IMG/VR virus record: IMGVR_UViG_3300034684_000059
Span: 1 to 64,000 of that record
Reading direction: 5' to 3' (one strand)
Source: a virus
Lineage: Duplodnaviria > Caudoviricetes
DNA length: 64,000 nucleotides
Positions within the stretch are counted from its first letter, which is position 1. The number at the start of each line of letters is the position of its first letter. Shown one piece after another: positions 58,628 to 64,000 of this stretch. A model generated the notes under the pieces. The model ran no database searches, was not told where the DNA came from, and saw only the letters and a program-made list of their open reading frames with translations. The translations under genes were made by a program, and so were the position numbers.

Positions 58628-59274
58628 ACCGACAATACTTTATTGTATTCGATAAAACTCAAAAAGAGTACGATGTGTTGTCATATCCACACTATCCTAC
58701 AACCGATGAAGATGTCGGCATAATCATGGTCGACAACAGAAATCCTAAAACTCCTATCATTTCTGGATATGGGGGAGTTGACGACATAGTGTCTAACTAC
58801 AACCACCCTCTGACTTCTTTGGTTATTTACATGGCTCAAAAGCACATGGAACTTCTTCCCGTAGCATATTGGGACATGACACAATTGCATGCAACTGCCA
58901 ATCCATTCTATTTTGAAGATTTCTTTGTCAGACAGTTGTCTCTCATAATCTCAGATGAAGAAGGTAAGATCCCAAATATCGAGGATGAATTAAAATATAA
59001 GGATAACTCTTGGTCACGTATATTTGGAGTGGTTTATCACGGAGAACACAAAGTACAAACTAAAGTCAAAACACTTGTTCGTCCGATACTGTTCCTCGGA
59101 ATGAGAGACGGACAGATCATCCTCGGTAAAACTACTAATAGTTATCATGTTGATGAAGATGCCCCAGATATCATGTTCGGAAGGATCCATCTGAATGAAG
59201 ATGTCGCTGTCGATTTGAAACCTCTAGCTCCCTATGACAGTGAAGAAATTCGTTCTATTGTACCAAGTAATTAA
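58609..59274 (+). CDS. Hypothetical protein
   Basis: RBS GAGGAG, hairpin at 59284-59309. Confidence 0.55.
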   Translation: MWAFAIDRQYFIVFDKTQKEYDVLSYPHYPTTDEDVGIIMVDNRNPKTPIISGYGGVDDIVSNYNHPLTSLVIYMAQKHMELLPVAYWDMTQLHATANPFYFEDFFVRQLSLIISDEEGKIPNIEDELKYKDNSWSRIFGVVYHGEHKVQTKVKTLVRPILFLGMRDGQIILGKTTNSYHVDEDAPDIMFGRIHLNEDVAVDLKPLAPYDSEEIRSIVPSN

Positions 59275-59336
59275 TTTCGACAAGAGAAGAGTTCTTAGGA
59301 ACTCTTCTCATTGCAAGCTCTATCCGTTTTGAAGGA

Positions 59337-59351
59337 TATATTACTATTGTG
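59337..59351 (+). promoter_or_regulatory. Early promoter TATATTAC-N5-TG
   Basis: TTTTGAAGGATATATTACTATTGTG. Confidence 0.7.
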
Positions 59352-59385
59352 TATCTATACCTGAATTCATTTAAGGAGAATCACT

Positions 59386-60729
59386 ATGTCTGAAGTACAA
59401 AATACTATCGTAGCTACAGATGACAATATCGTGTACATCGTTAGCTCCGAGATCAAACGGTTGGGAGACCGTGCTGATCTTAATCACATAGATGTCAGTA
59501 ACATTACTGACATGTCGTGTCTGTTTAATACGTCTTCATTCAATGGAGACATATCCAAGTGGAATGTATCAAACGTTAAGGATATGTCTTGGATGTTCTC
59601 AGAATCTGAGTTCAATGGAGACATATCTGACTGGAATGTATCTGGTGTAGTAAACATGCACGGCATGTTCTCACATTCTAAGTTCGATCAGGATATATCG
59701 AACTGGGATGTGTCTCATGTTGAAGATATGTCTTATATGTTCGATGAGTCTCAGTTCAATCAAGACATATCGTCTTGGGACGTATCGAACGTTACTGAGA
59801 TGAATAACATGTTCGAACGTTCTGTATTCAATGGGGATATCGCATCCTGGGATGTCAGTAACGTTAAGAACATGCGTACAATGTTCACATACTCACGATT
59901 CAACAGAGATATCTCCCGGTGGGATGTGAGTAATGTGGTATTCATGTCTTGGATGTTTGCATCTTCAGTATTCGACGGGGATATATCTGGATGGGATGTA
60001 TCCAACGTCAGAGATATGTCTCACATGTTCGAACGTTCTAAGTTCAATCGGGACATATCTAAATGGAATGTGTCTAACGTTAAATACATGCAACACATGT
60101 TCTCAGAATCAATATTCAACCAAGACATATCTTCTTGGAATATTGGTCGAGTAAAAGATATGTCTGGCATGTTCGAACGTTCGATATTCGATCAGGACAT
60201 ATCCCGATGGGATGTGTCGCACGTTACAAATATGTTTGGAATGTTCTCACACTCTAAGTTCAAAGGGGATCTATCCAAATGGGACGTAAGTGAAGTCGAG
60301 AACATGCGCTGCATGTTCTCAGAATCTGTGTTCAATAGAGACATATCCATGTGGGACGTATCGAACGTTAAAGATATGTTTGGTATGTTCACAAATTCGA
60401 TGTTCAACCAAGACATATCTGACTGGGATGTCTCTAATGTTAAAACAATGAAAGGGATGTTCTCAAAATCCAGGTTTGACCAAGACATATCGACATGGAA
60501 TGTGTCTCAGGTTACAGATATGTCTTGGATGTTCTATAGATCCGTGTTCAACCAGGACATAGCTTTGTGGGACGTGTCTAACGTAACTGGCATGGAATAT
60601 ATGTTCTACCGTGCTAAGTTCAATCAAGACATATCCCGATGGGATGTGTCCGATACGACTGACGTATCCGGCATGTTTGAAGGATCTCCTTTAGAACAAC
60701 ATCCTCCGATGTGGAACAAACAAAAATAG
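59386..60729 (+). CDS. DUF285/BspA-like leucine-rich-repeat-type protein (17 x 22-aa repeats)
   Basis: Repeats of FNxDISxWDVSNVxDMxxMFxxS after a DLNHIDVSNITDMS cap. No signal peptide. Hairpin at 60748-60784. Confidence 0.9.
   Translation: MSEVQNTIVATDDNIVYIVSSEIKRLGDRADLNHIDVSNITDMSCLFNTSSFNGDISKWNVSNVKDMSWMFSESEFNGDISDWNVSGVVNMHGMFSHSKFDQDISNWDVSHVEDMSYMFDESQFNQDISSWDVSNVTEMNNMFERSVFNGDIASWDVSNVKNMRTMFTYSRFNRDISRWDVSNVVFMSWMFASSVFDGDISGWDVSNVRDMSHMFERSKFNRDISKWNVSNVKYMQHMFSESIFNQDISSWNIGRVKDMSGMFERSIFDQDISRWDVSHVTNMFGMFSHSKFKGDLSKWDVSEVENMRCMFSESVFNRDISMWDVSNVKDMFGMFTNSMFNQDISDWDVSNVKTMKGMFSKSRFDQDISTWNVSQVTDMSWMFYRSVFNQDIALWDVSNVTGMEYMFYRAKFNQDISRWDVSDTTDVSGMFEGSPLEQHPPMWNKQK
59482..60685 (+). 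repeat. 66-bp coding tandem repeat
   Basis: Periodic ttcaat/c..gacatatc...tggga/atgt...atgttc units underlie the DUF285 repeats. Confidence 0.85.
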
Positions 60730-60817
60730 AAACGTTAGTACGTACGGTAAGAGAGTTCCTCCTTGACCGGGAGGAACTCTCTTATATCAAGATATGTCAT
60801 TCGATTTATTTGAAGGA

Positions 60818-60832
60818 TATATTACTTTTTTG
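60818..60832 (+). promoter_or_regulatory. Orphan early promoter TATATTAC-N5-TG
   Basis: TTTGAAGGATATATTACTTTTTTG. No ORF with an RBS follows before the next terminator. Confidence 0.65.
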
Positions 60833-60985
60833 AACAAGAGACTAGGACACTCTTATTTAAATAACCACTCCATTGTCCTTCAAACAGATGAGTCCGTGTC
60901 CAGCTTATCTGTGGGTCGTTAAGGCGGACACAATTTAGGAAGATCGTACTAGCCCCCAAGGTACGATCTTCCTTTATTTTTTTTT
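60832..60985 (+). ncRNA. Candidate early small RNA
   Basis: Promoter-to-terminator unit of ~150 nt with stems AAGAG/CTCTT and GTGTCC..CTTA/TAAG..GGACAC, and terminator AGGAAGATCGTAC/GTACGATCTTCCT plus poly-T. Confidence 0.35.
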
Positions 60986-60990
60986 GTTTA

Positions 60991-62934
60991 CTAGGGCATT
61001 CTTGTAAGATTGAACAGAGTTATGTCTGTCAAGTCAGTAGATGCTGACTTGAAGAACTTGCCATCCGTCCCGATAATGGAGCGAATACTACTAAGATACT
61101 CTTGACATTCTCTAGTAGCTTCATCGCTCATTATTCCGTTTAGTGAGACAGTATCCCCATCGTAATCTGCTCCAAGTCCTCTGGTTTGAGAATCGTGGAT
61201 TATCAGACTGTCTACATAGTCTTTGCCCAATATTGGGTAGTGTGGGAGGATGTACTCTTGTGTTTCATTGAACTGAGAACAGAATCTAACTTCTCTACTA
61301 GGAGCGGTAGTTCCGATCTTAGTTTTAGCCACGTAAGTTGAACCAAGTTCAATAGCAGGATATCGTGTAACTTGACTATATTTGTCTTGAGTAGCTCGGT
61401 AAACCGCAAAGTACATCATCTCTAAATAACTAAGCGGACGGATCTTTGAACGATCTACTTTTTCAGATCGGATCTGATCCGCTGTTAACAAGACAAGTTC
61501 AAGTACTGCTATATCTGAATGTTTACCAAAATACTCTTTTTGTTCTTCAGTTAACTCATCGTACTTGGGATGACTTTTAAGTCGTAGAAGTTCTTGTCTA
61601 CTATTGACTTTGTATACTTCTCCCCAAGGAGTCTTTACTTGATCATCTTCGTGGTACTTATGAAAATCATCTCCAACTACAGTTGTGATGATATTAACTT
61701 CATTCCGGAACTTTAATGTTTCTGTTTCCGAGAATTCGATATTTTTTACGTTCGATTCCATAAAGGACACAAAATCGTCAACGTTCTTCAGAACATATAT
61801 TCTATCTCCAAGATCGTACACTAAAAACGGATAATAAAACTTATTGTTCTTATCTCGGACGATCACGGGTTTTGTTCGTATGTGTGCATTTTGGAACATC
61901 TGGATAATGGATTCCAGTCCAAGAGAACTTATCCCTTTTGTAACTTCCCGGTCAGTAACTTCAATATACTGAGTTTTGTATGTTTTAGGATCGATCGCAG
62001 TAATTGTAGTTTCACCTGAGCCAAATATCTGACTGTAAAACAATTCTCTTAGGGTATGTATCACAAGTGGCTGAAATGCTTTTGCTGCCTGGAACAATGG
62101 AATTATAGTTTCGTTGTGTTTGTGATAACTTGACGATTCTGGAGACGCAGCTTCTGATGTGGATACACTGATAACGTTACGTGATCCCCAAGCGATAGCT
62201 CTACGTGCGTATCTTCTCTGAACAAATCCGGTCTTTCCATCAAGAAAGTTCTTATGATAAAGATAAAGTTCGAATAACTTCTTTTGAAGAAGATACCGAA
62301 CCCCATCGTAGAGTTTGTTCATGACAGGATCTTCACTATCTTTTACTTCCTGAGATAAACTAAGCAAAGATAAGTATATTTGATTGATTTCATCTGAAGT
62401 ATACATATCTCCATCTTTACGCATATCTCGGATGCCTGCGGGAAGTATCAGAAGTTTAGTCGTAAATGCGACATTTTTTTCTCGCAATTGTTCAAGTACT
62501 TTGATTTTATTTGTTCTTGATCTTGACTTATTACGAACAAATTTTAACTGAGGAAATATCCTAACTACAAATGAATATCCTGTTTCTGCTCCAGGTGTAG
62601 TCGGTTCTGCAGGAACTAGATCTTTAAGTTTATTGTCGAATTTAGCATACGCTTTTCCTTCCATAATGGTTTGATAAAATCCTTTGATGTCTATCAAGTT
62701 CTTGTATGCAATAGGAACAAATATCTTAGAACCTAAGGTCATATACCCCAATCTACCTAGACGTTCTGTACTTCCAACTTGCCCAAAAATAGTTTCTGAG
62801 TAGAGACCGTCTGGATGGAATTTTGTACTAGATGGCTCCCAAGATAAAAATGATGTTACTTCCCCTATCTCGTGTTCATTTATAAACTTATCTATATCTA
62901 ACGGCCAGATATTAAACGGACTTTGCGGTTCCAT
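60991..62934 (-). CDS. Virion RNA polymerase beta' subunit, N-terminal/catalytic part (phiKZ gp180-like)
   Basis: FHPDGLYSETIFG, LILPAGIRD, GKTGFVQRRYARR.I.WGSRNVIS, VTRYP and catalytic LGADYDGDT. Late-type motif TCATTTTATG at 62973-62964. Confidence 0.9.
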   Translation of the reverse strand: MEPQSPFNIWPLDIDKFINEHEIGEVTSFLSWEPSSTKFHPDGLYSETIFGQVGSTERLGRLGYMTLGSKIFVPIAYKNLIDIKGFYQTIMEGKAYAKFDNKLKDLVPAEPTTPGAETGYSFVVRIFPQLKFVRNKSRSRTNKIKVLEQLREKNVAFTTKLLILPAGIRDMRKDGDMYTSDEINQIYLSLLSLSQEVKDSEDPVMNKLYDGVRYLLQKKLFELYLYHKNFLDGKTGFVQRRYARRAIAWGSRNVISVSTSEAASPESSSYHKHNETIIPLFQAAKAFQPLVIHTLRELFYSQIFGSGETTITAIDPKTYKTQYIEVTDREVTKGISSLGLESIIQMFQNAHIRTKPVIVRDKNNKFYYPFLVYDLGDRIYVLKNVDDFVSFMESNVKNIEFSETETLKFRNEVNIITTVVGDDFHKYHEDDQVKTPWGEVYKVNSRQELLRLKSHPKYDELTEEQKEYFGKHSDIAVLELVLLTADQIRSEKVDRSKIRPLSYLEMMYFAVYRATQDKYSQVTRYPAIELGSTYVAKTKIGTTAPSREVRFCSQFNETQEYILPHYPILGKDYVDSLIIHDSQTRGLGADYDGDTVSLNGIMSDEATRECQEYLSSIRSIIGTDGKFFKSASTDLTDITLFNLTRMP

Positions 62935-63017
62935 GATATTGTTTACCTCCGATCATTGAAGAGCATAAAATGAGTCAGAACTGGATATAAGATGCTTACC
63001 ACTCAATCCACGACCAT

Positions 63018-63959
63018 ATGGAGATACATATGTCAGAGTCTCATTTTGATCAAGATAATTTCAATGTTGAGTATTTAAAAGACTTAACAAAAGTCAGAAA
63101 ATGTGTATATCTAGATCTTACGTATTGTATCGATCTCTACGTAAGTTTTTTTATCTACTACTGCACCATCCTCAAACCCAACGAAGAGTTATTTTTACAT
63201 GTAAAAGAAAATCTCGTCAAATACGACCATAGAAGAGACTTTGAACATGCTAAATATTTTCCTAATTTCAATATATCGGACGAACAAGTAATCGAATATT
63301 TGAATGATCCGGAACATCAATCAAAAATTTTACATGTGGGTATAAATACTCTTGTGGGAAGGATGCTTCCGGATATCCATAAACATCTTAGAAAACTAAA
63401 CAGTGGACTAGGATATTACGGACCAATCGAATATTGGATAAATACCCATCCCATCCAAGACTTAACAAACTATTCAATAGAACTTTTAAAAGACAGATTC
63501 TTAAAGATAGATCCTGACAACTACATAACAAATATCACCGCATCGAAAAACTTCAAAGAAGAAGATTTTTCAGATCTGACTGCAGAAGAAAGAATCGCAC
63601 TTGAGCTTGACCTTTCTCAGATCAAAAATGATCCTACTTTAAGAATTGCACTTACACATAAACCTTGTAGACAGATCTCTATAAAAGATCTGAAAAAAGT
63701 AGATATATTCTTTTTGAATGATCTAAGAGAATTTGATGACCCATTAAGTTCGCTTTATTCTCCAATCGTCAACAATCTGGTATTTCAGGATGCGTTGGTA
63801 TGTGTTCCTAGAAGATACACTAATCCTGAAATCATTGAGCAACTTCCTAATCTAAGTCAACAGGAAAAAGACCAAGCACTGGCAATTGCTCCACTTGTTG
63901 CATCGATGTATTTTGAAATGATATATTTCGATCCTTGGATTCTAAATAAAAAGGGATAG
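63018..63959 (+). CDS. Hypothetical phage protein
   Basis: 313-aa ORF (start may be ATG 63030), divergent from the vRNAP gene. Confidence 0.6.
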   Translation: MEIHMSESHFDQDNFNVEYLKDLTKVRKCVYLDLTYCIDLYVSFFIYYCTILKPNEELFLHVKENLVKYDHRRDFEHAKYFPNFNISDEQVIEYLNDPEHQSKILHVGINTLVGRMLPDIHKHLRKLNSGLGYYGPIEYWINTHPIQDLTNYSIELLKDRFLKIDPDNYITNITASKNFKEEDFSDLTAEERIALELDLSQIKNDPTLRIALTHKPCRQISIKDLKKVDIFFLNDLREFDDPLSSLYSPIVNNLVFQDALVCVPRRYTNPEIIEQLPNLSQQEKDQALAIAPLVASMYFEMIYFDPWILNKKG

Positions 63960-63962
63960 ACC

Positions 63963-64000
63963 ATGGCAAAACATGACGATTTTGAAATGGGTTCTGAATT
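63963..64000 (+). CDS. Start of an ORF running off the window (MAKHDDFEMGSE...)
   Basis: ATG 3 nt after the previous stop, with AAGGGA upstream. Open to the window end. Confidence 0.45.
   Translation, partial: MAKHDDFEMGSE

Noticed and set aside
59482-60685. CRISPR-like periodicity (~66 bp)
   Set aside because: These are in-frame coding repeats with degenerate third positions and no unique spacers or cas genes.
60885-60935. Hammerhead ribozyme (CAGATGAGTCC...GGAC)
   Set aside because: The core deviates from CTGANGA and the required GAAA is absent. Kept only as a generic sRNA candidate.

Overview
This window is a gene-dense, AT-rich segment of a phiKZ-like jumbo phage, most likely a nucleus-forming one (Chimalliviridae-like). 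It holds three non-virion multisubunit RNAP subunits (beta' N-part with NNDFDGD, beta C-part, beta' C-part), a candidate gp68-like specificity subunit and a virion RNAP beta' N-part (GADYDGD). It also carries the conserved core gene order: candidate chimallin, nvRNAP beta', SbcD-like nuclease, ChmC-like protein with an N/G-rich tail, gp68-like, PicA/gp69-like, gp70-like, nvRNAP beta and beta', SF2 helicase. Nucleus-gene names rest on synteny and sequence character, not on database searches. Ten intergenic TATATTAC early-promoter motifs, CATTnTATG-type late-promoter motifs and about 30 long hairpins organise transcription. The accessory region holds a class III RNR (nrdD with a Pro-initiated class-3-type mini-intein, and a distant nrdG), a GH24 lysozyme, a DUF285 repeat protein, a TSP1-domain protein and tail-fibre or adhesin genes. 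The most notable observations are: (i) a 5'-truncated PurZ/PurA-like remnant plus a dATP/dGTP diphosphohydrolase-like gene; (ii) two inverted Gly-rich paralogs about 11 kb apart sharing an 81/83-identical block; (iii) a non-coding G-tract element preceded by a ~42-bp motif repeated 36 kb away; (iv) an orphan early promoter driving a ~150-nt structured RNA candidate; (v) a ~90-aa insertion in the virion RNAP beta'. I saw no tRNA, rRNA or CRISPR array.
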